In this document: positions 20,549 through 33,610 of the stretch, piece after piece
How positions within the stretch are numbered: position 1 is the first letter of the stretch
Layout of the letters: every line of letters begins with the position of its first letter
DNA from: an uncultured virus (IMG/VR IMGVR_UViG_2061766007_000135)
Taxonomy: Duplodnaviria; Heunggongvirae; Uroviricota; Caudoviricetes
DNA: 64,000 nt
Virus record (IMG/VR): IMGVR_UViG_2061766007_000135
Direction: 5' to 3' (one strand)
Translations under genes and position numbers: made by a program
Notes under the pieces: model-generated
Databases searched by the model: none
Told to the model about the DNA's origin: nothing
Seen by the model: only the letters and a program-made list of their open reading frames with translations

Positions 20549-22615
20549 TTAAATCCCCCCTTTAATCTAAATTTTTTCTTCCTTACGTGCAGTACTACCA
20601 GTTAATATTGGCTCTACACGAAGATCACTATATTTAATTGGTACTGTGCCATCATTAGAATACTAATTTAATTTAATTTTCATATATGCGGTTATATTAG
20701 GTATACCGCCCCAAGATCCGTAAGAATCTTCTCCATCCCAAAAATTCGTACGATCCAAACCAATATATCCTTCAACATATTTCCAAGTATTATCAGTGGG
20801 CAATGCACTTTTTTGAATCGGATAATGCCAATTAGCACCATTATAGCTTTCAACAACCCAAGTATCTTTAGCTCTTGTTGTACCAGAATATGCAATTTTT
20901 AAATTTACTTGATTAGTACTAGTAACGCTATTTACCACTCCAGTTATATCATTGCTAAATCTTCCTATATCATGATAACCAATAGTCGAATTAGAACGAA
21001 ATCCAAGGGCTGAATAATCTCTTGCAATCCAATTAGCATTACTTTTTACATACATAACCGTATCACCAGCAGTAAGTGCTTGTGTTAATTGTGTTTTAGT
21101 ATTATTAACATATGTTACATCAACATGAGATAAAAGTTTATTATTTGCAGTATAATAACCTACTGTCACTAAAAACTTACTCATATCTTGTTTACATTTA
21201 ATCCAAAATGAAATTTTATAACACTAATTGGGAACTACGGCTATTTTTATAGGTAAGAAGTCAGTACTAACACCAACACCCTATACCACAGATGCAGTAG
21301 CATTTCCAGCTACATCAGTAGTGTCCCAAGTCCAACCACTAGGCAAAAATGCTGTGTCTTGTTTTGCACCATCACCATTAGGATATAAATTACATTCATT
21401 AAATTGCCGACTAGCAAAAGTGCCACCATCAATTTTATCTTTATTGCCTAAAACTGTATAATTAATTAACTCCTCGTGATCAGTAATTATAGAAGTATTT
21501 ACATATGCTAAATACCAAGTCACTGCAGTCATATCGGGGCCTGCGCTAATATATACGTGTCCACCAGTACTAAAATCTGTATCACCAGAAGTTGCGCCGC
21601 AACGATATAATATCGCATACTCTTCCCAATTACCAGTACCTTGATCTGAAGTGATAAATTGTACTACTGCTCCAGCTCCCTAATTATTATACTTAGCACT
21701 TACAGTATATCCTGCAGGTATTTTAGCTACAAATCGTTCAATAACTACTCGATTAGCTGCAGCAGTATGAGTGGCTACAAATCCTCCCAATTTTGGTGAA
21801 ATCTAACCAACATTGGTATCTGCGGTAATTTGTAAAATATAAGGATGGGATGCCGCAAAAGGTGAATTTTGACTAGTAGCTGCTATACGCGTTAAAGTAA
21901 CTCCATTGCCACTTTTATGATTATACACTGCAACTAAAGTGCTTGTATCAAAATAATTATCATTCATTAATGAAGTATGTGTCGTATATGCACGCATACC
22001 ATCAGGTTCTACATAAGTAGTACCACTAATAGTTCCTTTATGAATAGAAACTTTATTAGTAATTGGTGTAGTAATTAAGTTACTAATACTTAATGTGGTA
22101 TAAGGTGCAATATATGGTAAATTATTATCACACCAAGTTATCATACTATCAGAATCAGTTACTAAACCGCAACTTAATAAATATTCATATAAATCTTGTA
22201 TATCATAAACACATAAATTTTTTACTTGACCTTGCACTCCACTAATCGCATTCTTAGGTCCCTAATAAATAGTTCCAAACGTACGTGTAAATGGATTGGC
22301 ACTATTAATATTATAAACTCTAACACCTGAAGCAGTATATTCAGTATTCGCAGTAGGATTATTTATTAAAGCAGGAGAAAATACAATCTAGCCTTGTTGC
22401 GCATAAGCTTTTACCCAAGTTGGAGACTAATTAGTAGTAGTAAATTTATATGTAAAGCGACAATAATATAATTTATTCATAGAGAGTCGCGTTTCATAAT
22501 CAAAAGTATAACAAGCATATGCACTATTTGGTGTACTCCATTCACTACTACTATTCATAGCTAAATTATGAATACATAATCCATCTTTCTCTATTATTCT
22601 ATCAGAAAAAATCAC
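20549..22615 (-). CDS. Tail fibre/carbohydrate-binding-like protein (688 aa, code 15)
   Basis: GTG start; fragments 22427/21803/21281/20663 in one frame; stop abuts the next start. Confidence 0.72.
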
Positions 22616-22631
22616 TTATGTCAAGCCCCCT

Positions 22632-23987
22632 TTAGGTTGTAATTTCTAAACAACCCGCAGTAGCATTATAAGTAATTACTGCATTAGAAGTAACCTAAAA
22701 TGTTGGCGCAGTAATTGCGCCAGTAGATGGATTTACTGTAGCTAGCTTATTAGTTGTAGCTCCATATTTAACTGCCGCAAGTTCATTATTATTATTAGTA
22801 CCAGTACTATTTTTTACTAAGATAGCATGTTCTGCATTATCAGTAATAGCAGTTTGTTTTACTAATTCGGCATCAGTAAGAAAAGCAAGAGTGCCATCTC
22901 CATTTTGTAAACGTATTGCACGGTTAGCACTTAAAGTATCTAATGGCCATAAATCTACATAATACCCATTATTAAAAAGTGTTAAACCACCTTTTACAGT
23001 TGAACTACCTAAGACTAAACATCTCATAGTTCCATTTTTATTTTCATACAAATGCGCGCCACTCACTGCACGAGGTCTATGATTACCAGATGAAGAAGAA
23101 CTAAACCATATTGGATAAGTTTTAGCGGCAGTAGTATCAGAAGTATGAGCTTTTAATTGAATCTAACCATTATAGCGCCAAGTATTATTAGTAGTATCAG
23201 CTAAAAGAATCCATTTTTCATCACCGGTATTTGTAGAATTTTCATCATATAAACCGTGATTAGTATTACCAGATCCAATACCCCACCAATAATCAATAGG
23301 CTTGCCACTTATTGTTGAAATTATTTCCAAACTTTTGGTCGTTGTGCCGCTGCTATGCTAATTTGAAATAAACATTTTAGCATCAATATTACCGACAACA
23401 CTTAAATAATTACTTGGTGTTAAAGTATTAATACCTACTCGGCCATTAGATTGAATCATCATTCTAGCTTTAGCACCTTGCGCAAAACTATCGGTAGTTG
23501 CAAAATATAAACGAGTACCATAACTACCAGAAGATTGCGCATAAATACCACCAGAAGCTGCATTACTTGCAGCACCAAATGTAATACCGCCTACCCAACC
23601 AGTATTAACATCTGTACCAGAACCACCAGCACCATTTACTATATGCAATTCTCTTATATCAGTTCCAATTACCATAGAGCTACTACTTAAATTCATAGAT
23701 GTAGGTATTGTATCTGCTTGTAATATATGACTCCAAGTTCCATCACCGCGCAAAAAATTAGCCGTTGTATTAGAAGAAGGATAAGTACCACCTAAGACAT
23801 TCGGCAAACTAGCCCAATAAATAGTTGTACCATTGGACATTAAATACTAATTAGCCGAACCTGCTGTCAATGAAGATCCGCCATTAGTAGAAGGTGCATA
23901 TAATTTAGAAATTGAAATCCAAGGAGTTATTACTTTTTCAGAAACATTTAAACTCCCAGTAACTGTTGTGCTTTTTAACTAAGCCAT
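22632..23987 (-). CDS. Tail fibre protein (451 aa, code 15)
   Basis: AGGAGG SD; starts MA(Q)LKSTTV; FLRGDGTW and GRVGINT fibre motifs; fragments 23358/22695 in frame. Confidence 0.8.
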
Positions 23988-23999
23988 GTAATTCCTCCT

Positions 24000-25940
24000 T
24001 TATATTTCTAAAAACTATTCCGCGGAGAACCGAATGTTATCATTGATTTGAGGATTAATAGTCATATTATCTTTTTCTTGTAATTCACTATTAATAACTC
24101 CAATACGCATTACTGCAAAAGCCATTGGATTTTGTTCATTTACAATTAAATGTTTATTACTTGGTATCGTCGTTGAATTACAATAATCTAATTTCAGTTT
24201 ACCATACGCATTATTAGGTAAATTATATTTTTCAGGAAACACTAAGCTATGATTTAATGTAAGTGTAGCACTTGATGGCTATGCACTATTATTGGTTGTA
24301 GTTGTTGATATTGTTTTATTAGCCACAGTTATAGTGGTAAGTAAATTATCATTTTCATCATAAATATCTAAATGCCAAGCTACTCGTGAATATAACAAAT
24401 AATAATATTGAGTACTAGCATTAGCACTACTTTTTCTAGAATAACTAAATTTTTTTCCCGAAACAGTAATAAGAGGATAAGTAAACTAATATTCTTTATT
24501 ATTAATTAGATTAATAGAATGATTAAAAGTTACTATTGTTCTAGTTGCACTAATATATTTTGTAACCATTTTTCCACTCTCATAAGTCTAATAGCTACCA
24601 CAATGAAAACTTTCAGTAGTTGTAGTATAAGTACTTGAAGTAGTTATTACATCTGAAATTGTAGTAGATTCATTATCAGCAATTTCATTATACTCATAAC
24701 CATAGGCATTATGAGCATCATCAATACGTAAACCTAAAAAATATAAACTAGATACCTATTCCGCAGTTAAAGCTGTACTATATATTCGAAAATCATCTAT
24801 ATAATAATCATTAGAAGCATACGTGGTAACATTATCCCATCCATTTAAAAAAATAGTAGTACCAGTAATAGCTTTATAAGTTTTAGCTTCTGCCCATAAA
24901 ACTCCATCCTAATATACGCGACATTTTGTGCCATCACCTGTCATAACCCAATGATGCCAAGTATTTAATGTAGGTTTTGTAACCTAAGTAGTAGTGCCCG
25001 GATTATATAAAGGATTACTAGATGAATCACCAGTATTCCATAAATTACCATTATATAATCCATTTAAACGAACACCATCCTTAAAACCCCAATGCATTGG
25101 ACCATTACTTGATATTTTTGCCCACCACGCAAAGCTGTAATTATTAGTAAAATCTGTAACATTTAAATTACTTATCTATACATGCTAATTAGTTGCAGTA
25201 AAATGTAAACTCTTTAAATAACGTCCCGTATCTGTAGTAAATACTGGAGTGTTAATTATCGAACCATTAAATCCATAACCTGAATTATCATAAATAGTTG
25301 TACCATCAGCTTCATCACATTTTAAATGCACAACTAAACCTTTGGCTAACTCTTGTACTTCTGCAATAGATAAACAATGATCATATAAACGAAAATCATT
25401 TATCTTACCTTCTAAAGCTGTAGCACCTGTCTGTTTATCACGCCCTAAATAATAAGCACCTTGTGTTTTAGTGCGAGTCGTTAGCGGTCCAGTCCAAGTT
25501 TGTTGTACAACACCATCAACATATAAAAGTAATGTGGTACCATCATATGTATATGCAATATGCGCCCAAGTATCTTGTTCTATATTAAAAGTTGATGATA
25601 AATCAGGACTACCAGCCCAATAAAAACGTAAGTTATGTGCTGCGCTTAACTCAATATTAAAATTTATTCCGCCAGTTAAGTTATAATCCCCAAAAATCAC
25701 ACCACGACTAGCTTCATTATGCTATATCCAAAAAGCAATAGTAAATGGAACATTCCCACCTGTAATAATACTATAAAAAATTTCTCCTGTCAAAGATATA
25801 TAATCATCACTACCATCAAAAGAATAACTTTGACATAACTTACCACTAGAAACTACCGCTCCACTTACTACTGCATCTATTGAAGCATATCCATTATTTT
25901 TTAATGTCCCATTAAGAGGGAGCCATACTGCTAATGCCAT
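24000..25940 (-). CDS. LamG/concanavalin A-like lectin domain tail protein (646 aa, code 15)
   Basis: Starts MALAVWLPLNG; WAHIAYTYDG...LYVDG...GKINDFRLYD LamG-like signatures; ends FLEI-TAA. Confidence 0.82.
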
Positions 25941-25952
25941 ATAACTTCCCCC

Positions 25953-27593
25953 TTAAGTCATAAAGACAAATTCAACACTATTATTAGTATTATTCCATTT
26001 AATATTGCATTTTTCAACGTATGCTAAATGAAGACGATAAGCATTTGCTCCTATTGTGCCTTCACCTGCAATACTATAAATACGTGACGAATAATGCGTT
26101 TCAGCGACTGAAGATGCATTAGTATCATCTGCCGTATGTAAAATACACCATTTAGTAGTTGCATTATTATCTCTATTCTATTTTACTACTTCACTCGCGG
26201 CTTTAGCTGCGGCACCGGTTGCGGCAAGAGTAGTAGAAGTTGATGTAATACCATCAACCAACTTAGTCATACCATATGCCGAAGTAGAAGCTGTTGTTAA
26301 TGTAATTGTACCAGATGAAACACCTAATACGCTCACTTGTAATTTAGATGCCGCACTTGATGTTCCAGCAGTATGTGTCAATGTAGTATTTACAGATACA
26401 AATGCTGGTGCCGCAGCACCCTTACCCATTAAGGCAGTACCAGTCGCACCTTGAGCCGTATTAGTTAAAGTAGTAGTATCACTTGCATATAATACTCCCC
26501 ACTTAGTCCAACTAGTTTGTCCTGTGCCGCCATTACCCACACCCAACTTACCAGTAACTCCAGGACGAGGTGCAGAGTCCCAAATAGTTGCCGCAGATGT
26601 AGAAGCTAAATTTATCTACACAGAAGGAGATGTGCAAGCTATTGGTACGCCATCATAACGCATATAAACAGGTGTATAAGTACCACCAATACCATTTCCA
26701 TCATAAGTATATGGCATACTCATAAATACTCGCCAACTATTCCACGTACCATTATTTTTATAACGGAAAAACGGTCCTCGAACTGCTCCATAGAAAAACT
26801 ACCAATCCAAATTTCCGGCACTGCCATAATTACGCATGGTAATTACATTACCACCACTTACAGAATTATTCCCATATGGATTATTATTAAATGTTTGTGT
26901 AGTAGAAGCATCCAAAGAATAAGCAACACCATACGCGGCTTCATCTAATGCAGTAGCACCACTTAACCTAGATCCAGAAGTATCAAGAGCCCAAGTATGC
27001 TAATAATGATTACCAGTATCTAAAATAGTACTTAATGTACTATTGCGTGCATGTAATAAATCAGTACCTGTTGAAGAACGAATAACACCTTGACAATCAA
27101 CAGCACCAACATACCATTGTGAAGAAGTAACTCCTGTGGCGCTACCAACTTTATAACCCATTAAACCATAGCCGCCAGTAGCAATTATTGAAGTAACTCC
27201 AGTAATCGAAGTAGCTGCATAATCTATGCTACCAATTCTTGCAGTAGTTAAAGTGGCTTTACCAGCACTAAAATTACCGCTATTATCACGCTACACAAGA
27301 GTATTAGCAGTATTTAAAGATGTAGCAGCCATTTCACTCAATGCCGCAGTGCCATTACCAATTAATACTGAACCCGCAGTCACCGCGGTTCTACCAGTGC
27401 CACCGTGCGGCACAGGCATTACCACATCGCCTAAATCATCTATTGAAATAGTTTCATCTGTTAAAAAATATAAATAATTTTCATTAATGCCAGTTAAGGA
27501 GCTACCACCACTATTTGTAATAGTACCTCCACCAGCCAGTGTTTGATACTATGCTTTTGTTAAATAAATAACTTTTGCAAGTGCTTCACTCAT
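25953..27593 (-). CDS. Tail fibre protein (546 aa, code 15)
   Basis: AGGAGG SD; starts MSEALAKVIYLTKA(Q)Y; VPHGGTG and GVGNGGTG repeats; ends VEFVFMT-TAA. Confidence 0.78.
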
Positions 27594-27604
27594 AGTGTGC
27601 CTCC

Positions 27605-29608
27605 TTATGAAACAGTATATCCCTTACCGGTTGCGATAGCAACATCGGCAGTTGTTAACTAATGTCGTAATGTACCTAAAACACATTTCGGACTTTGACC
27701 ACTTACTGCATTTGATAAATTATTAAGTACCTATAATAATGCTGGACGTTGCATACTAAAATTTTGATCTAACCAAATATGTCCATGATAATTCGATGGC
27801 AATTTTAATTCTTCTAATTTATAACAAGCCCAAAATGGTGACTAACTATTTGTGCCTGCTGTGCTACCTGCATAATATGTTAAAGTTGTATCGGGATTTA
27901 ATGAAATATTTGATATATCAATTTTTCTTACATTATAACAATAAGCTGCAAAATAACGCATATCACCACCAGTGGCGGTAAGAGCAAACTTAGTTGTCAC
28001 CCAATTTGATAAATCAATTTCTTTTAAATTATAACAACTATAAAACATTTGATACATTCCACTAGTACATACCCAATTTGAAGTATTCCAATTACCAATG
28101 GTTATTTCTTCAAGTTGAAAATCATTAGCAAATAAATAATTAAAATTCGTTACTTTCCAATTAGTAGTTACCCAATTATTTACATAAATATGTCGTACAC
28201 TATACATTGAACCAAACATATTAGATAAAGAAGTGCAAGCCCAATTTGTAGTATTCCAATTATTTAAATTTAATTCAGTAACTTTATAACAACTACCAAA
28301 ACAATCATTTGCCTATTGTACTGCCCAAATTGTAGTATTCCAATTTTCAATATCGTGGAAATGATAACGAGAATTATTATGGAAAAATAAACTATCTATT
28401 CTCTTTGGCCGCCAATTTGCAGTATTCCAACCTGATAAATCAATATCTGTTAAACGCCGACAATATGCCCAAACTCCAGATAAACCATCATCAGCAGTGA
28501 TGGTCCAATTGGTAGTATCCCAAGTATCCACTTTCAAAGAACGTAAATTAACACAATAATACCAAGCTTGTGAAATACCTGTAACATTTAATGCTGAAAC
28601 ATCCCAACTACGTAAATCTAATTCTTCTAATGATTCAGCTGCATTCCAAGCGGCAGCTAAATTAAATGCTCGATTACTAGTAGCTCCCCAATTTACAGTA
28701 TTAAAAGGCACAATACATTGTCGCATTGCTGCACAAGTTGAAAACATATAATCAATAGTTGTAACATGCCAATTTGTAGTATCCCAACTACTTAAATCTA
28801 TTTTTTTAATACTAGTACATCCAGAAAATGTACTACTTAAAGTTGTTACATTCCAATTAGTAGTATTCCAACCAGTAAAATTAATTTTCTATAATGACCG
28901 CGCACGATACCAAGCCGCGGCTAAACTAGTTACTACACTTTTACTACCTATCAAAGTATTATCATATTCCATCCATTCTGTGCAATAGCGATAATCATCA
29001 GCAGAACCAGTAGTAGTAGTTAAATAGGGTAGCATACCACGACGCTCTAAACAATGCTAGCTATATTGCGGCTATGCCACTATCGTTCCAACAGTAGCTG
29101 CGGCAATACGTCCAAAATAAAATTGCTAAATATGATTGGTACTTGCAGGCACAACTTTTAAAACCACATAGTCATATGAAGAACTGCCATAATTAATTTC
29201 GGCATAAGCATTAGAAGCATAATTGGCAGTTGAATCTTGCACCCAATTATTACCATTCATATGTCCAACAGCAACAGTAAAATTACCTGTATTCATTGTA
29301 CATCTAATACACGCCCATTTATAAGCTACCTTAGATGTATTATCATATGTTAAATACACTCCCTCAAAATCTGCGGGAATTGTAATATTATCTAAATTAG
29401 GCCAACCTGATGGACGAGTCCATTCATCCCAAACATCTCGTTCACCAGATAGGTTATTGGGATCTTCAATTAACGCAGTACCACCAATAGTTTGAGTTTG
29501 AGTTTGGGAAATTATGTTATTATTTGTATCTTTAGTAATTGTTTTTACTTTTTCAACTACTGTATGTAAACTTGGTGATATACGATGCGATCCTAAATAA
29601 ACTGCCAT
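27605..29608 (-). CDS. BspA/DUF285-like leucine-rich-repeat surface/fibre protein (667 aa, code 15)
   Basis: Repeated L..lDls.W.t.nw.v motifs; fragments 29126/28313/27842 in one frame; ends IATGKGYTVS-TAA. Confidence 0.8.
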
Positions 29609-29619
29609 AATTTCCCTCC

Positions 29620-31023
29620 TTAACCAAATCTAATAATTTCAATTTCTTCGCCAAGATGCGACCAAGCACCCCAGCCATTAGTTGTATTACCCGTACGCCA
29701 TCTTATTCCATCACTTGAAAAAGCTAACTCGTGAGCGCCACCGCCAGACATATCTGACCAACCATTAAAACCAATTATCTATGAATATGTGCCTACCCCA
29801 GAAATATTTAAAGCTGCTACGCTCTTTTTTATTCCACAAAAAATTAATTTACCGTTATAATCCGCTGGTGCCTATGATACTTCTCTATTAGTGGTATTAG
29901 TAGCAGTAGAATCAAATACTAAATAAGTATGTGTGTGTTCATAAGTAGCCGCGCCACCAGTTGCGCCCAATTTTGCAATACCGGCAGTCCCAGTGGTCGC
30001 CGCCGGTAATGTACTCCATACAGGTGCCGCACCTGCTGAACCAGTACCAGTCATCGCTAAAAATTTCTATGTATTAGTTGTATTTGCGGCCAAACGAGTT
30101 GGGGTATTTGCCGCACTTGAATACATTAAATCAAAAGCTCCAGACAAAACAGATTTTTTAATATAAGTAGTATTAATAGCATTACCATCACTATCACCAG
30201 TAGCTTTTGTTGCCAAGCCATCAAACGTAGCACTATAAGTAGATCCTGGTGCAGTTTTTAATACCCACTTACTATGAGTATAATCATAAATACCACCATT
30301 ACCACTATTGCCGACAATATATCCAACTTTTAAAGTATTTGTACTATCTGTATTATTGACTATTAAACCTTGATCACCAGTATGATTTGCTTTGGTAAAA
30401 GTCATTAACATTGTAGATGGATTAATATCAATATTTGTACTATAACCTGCTTCATCAGCTGTTGCGGCCGGTGAAGCTGCAGTAGTAAATAATAGTTTAT
30501 GGGAAACATTATCACTATAAACAGTCTATCTTACTAATGTGTCAGTATTGGTATTAGTTGTATAACTTGGTGTAGCCCACTATCCATCTTCACGTAAAAA
30601 TTTAGTAGACTAACTCTATGAAGAAACAGTAGATGAAATAGTTGCTCCTGCACTTATCGTGCCAGAACTGGTAACTACTAAATTATTACCAGATCCAATT
30701 TTACCCGCATTCGTAATATTTCCATGTGCATGTGAACTTGGTGTCATTGTTGTTGGGAAATTTACCCAAATAGGTGATGTTCCATCAGATGATAAATATT
30801 GACCACTTGCCCCTGCAGTAGTGGGGAAATATGCTGTTTGCCAACAAGCCTAGCCATTCTACGAAACTACAATCTAACCATTTGTACCAGAAGTTCTTGT
30901 ATTGTTGTTGCCTAATGAAGCCGCATCGAATAAAATTAAACGGGAAAATGCGCCTATAACACTGCTAATACGACCGGTGACCTATAATTTACCATCAATA
31001 ACTGTACTTTTTAACTATGCCAT
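29620..31023 (-). CDS. Tail fibre protein (467 aa, code 15)
   Basis: Starts MA(Q)LKSTVI (like 23987); ends EIEIIRFG-TAA; fragments 30067/29872 in frame. Confidence 0.78.
30526..30732 (-). repeat. 69-codon segment duplicated at 33833-34039
   Basis: 63/69 aa identical with many synonymous differences; TAG at 30616 aligns with CAA at 33923. Confidence 0.9.
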
Positions 31024-31039
31024 AAATTTTTAGGCCCCC

Positions 31040-33598
31040 TTATATTTCATTATAACATGTAAAATAACTATCACCTATTTTTTTTAACTAGGCTTTATTA
31101 TCTATTTCATAAAATTCTCTACTCATTAATGTATGAGAATCTAATAATTGAATCTAACCATTATTAGTGTAAGGCTATAATATTGCATCATTGTTAATTT
31201 TTGTAATTGTCAACCAATCAGTAGCTGTTGAGGTACTAGAACTACCAACTGTCCGTACAAAAGAAATTGATGCATTAATAGTAGCTTTAAATAATTTAAT
31301 ATACGCTATATTTTCAAAATTGAATAATTCATTATCTATAGTAAGAATAACAGTACGACCAGTAAGACTACTTGTACTACTACTCTATGATGCCTATGTG
31401 ATTCTTGCCATACCACCAACCAAAGTTTTATAGCTAATTTCCTAATCATTACTATCATAAAAAATTATACCTACAAAACCTCCAGCATACTTTGGATTAT
31501 CTTGTGATGCTCCACTGACATAATTCTAATCTAAACGTGCAATTTTAGTAGCAAATTTATAAGTATGCCAAGGCTCAATTAATACAGTCGTTGGATAAAT
31601 TGTCCTAGATAAAGTAATTGAGTACGTGTTATAATAATAAGGCATTGAACCAGATGGAGTACCGCTTGAAGCGCTAATTGTTGCATGGGATATAAAAGTT
31701 CCTTCACTACGATCGCCATTAGGATTTTCTTTTAAATCCATTACATGTAAAGTCTATTTATTATCTACTTTTGCTCCTAAATTATACAAAGCTTTTACAT
31801 CATCTGCATTTAATGCAGTAGCATACATACGAAAATCACTATAATAGCATTTTACCATACGATTTACACTACCTGCACTAGATAAGCCAATATATAAATA
31901 AGAAAATGCGGCTAAGTAATCTTCAGTAGTATTATCATTATCTACTACGGTATTTTGTAAATTACCATCTAGATAATAATTACTATTATGTCCATCATAG
32001 GTAAAAGTTAATAAATGCCAATTAGAATCATTGAACGCGCTGCTAATTGAATGCGTAGTATGTCGTATATTAGTACAAAAATCTATTACACTATCACGCA
32101 TATGTAAAGCAGTAGAGGTATAATCTGTAGGCTAAGATGCTAATAATGATGTACAAAATAAACCTGAATTACCACGACCAGCAATCCACTTATACCAAAA
32201 ACTAACTGTTATAGCTGTAGATGTAGAATGCGGCAAAGCAGTTTTAATATAAGATGCTTCCGCAGGTAAATTACCAGTGTTATATGCTGATACATCTGTA
32301 TTACTATATAAATATAAACAAGATGAGTATCGTGGACTTTCATTCATATAATAGCCAGTTCCATATAGCGTGCCATTATTTTCATAGCCAGAGCTATCTT
32401 CAATGATAAGTTTTTCATCATTAAAATCATCAAGAGACAAACAATAATCAGTCGCTGTGGAGCCTATTTCTAATTTAGGACACGTAATATCTACATTTGT
32501 GCTAGTTTGCGCACCAGAAATTCCAAACGTAACACCAATTTGATCCGCGGCGCGTGCTTCTGCAACTGTAAATGTATGACTTATACGAGTCCAAGAAGTA
32601 CTATCAATAGCTACTTGTTTAGTAGTTAATGCATTACCTATTGTCTAATCCCAAAGATATATTTGTACAGCTGCAGTGCCTCTATAATATGCAGATAATG
32701 TATATGACTAACCAGGTAAGAATTTCCAATAATTATATTGAACAATATCTCTAAGACCTGACGTATTACCAGTAATACGCCAATAAGTACCTGCAACATC
32801 ATAAGGAGTAGAACCAGTTTGAACTGTTATAGTACCATTGCCACTAGATGCCGCGGCAAAACCCCATAAATCATAAGTATTTAATTTATCTGCCGCGGCA
32901 ACTAAATCAGACTATTTATGTGACCCACGTAATAAATTATTATTTACACCAGCAATTGTTTTATCCATTTTATAGTGAACAAATAACCCCTATGAAATAA
33001 AATGAATTTGTGACGCTGATAAGCATTCATCATAAATACGTAAATCATTCAATAAAAAACTGCGACCGCCAGTGGGATTTGTTCCTACTACATTAGTAGC
33101 ACGGCATCCCAATCCAATATTATTACAATCAGTAGGATATGCTCCTGTTATAGTAGCACTACCCCGTTCAATTCCATCTATATACATTGTAGCAATAGTT
33201 CCATCAAATGTCGCGGCACAATGATACCATTGTTTAGTCTTTACTGTAGTAGCATACCTTATAGTATCAGTAGTACCATTTACACCCAAACGAAATTGTG
33301 TACTAGTATATATAGAAAAATAAATTTGCCCTGCTGCTGCATCCGCATTTTTACAAAACATAATATTATTACCATTAGCAAAACTATTTGCATCGCTATA
33401 TGCCCAAAAAGCAATAGTCCATTTGTTTGGTAATAATTCATCTGTTAAATGCCAAATAGTAGAACCACCCCAAGAACCTTGAACAACTTTTCCAATAGTA
33501 TCAGATCCACTGCCCGCTTTACTAGGTTGCGGCAAATCATAAAATCCTTGATTTCCTTGAGTTGTATTATTTAATGGAAGCCAAACCTATAATGCCAT
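31040..33598 (-). CDS. LamG/concanavalin A-like lectin domain tail protein (852 aa, code 15)
   Basis: GAGGTGG SD; starts MAL(Q)VWLPLN; two LamG-like blocks (WYHCAATFDG...LNDLRIYD; WHLLTFTYDG...SDFRMY); ends YNEI-TAA. Confidence 0.82.
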
Positions 33599-33610
33599 TT
33601 ATCCCACCTC

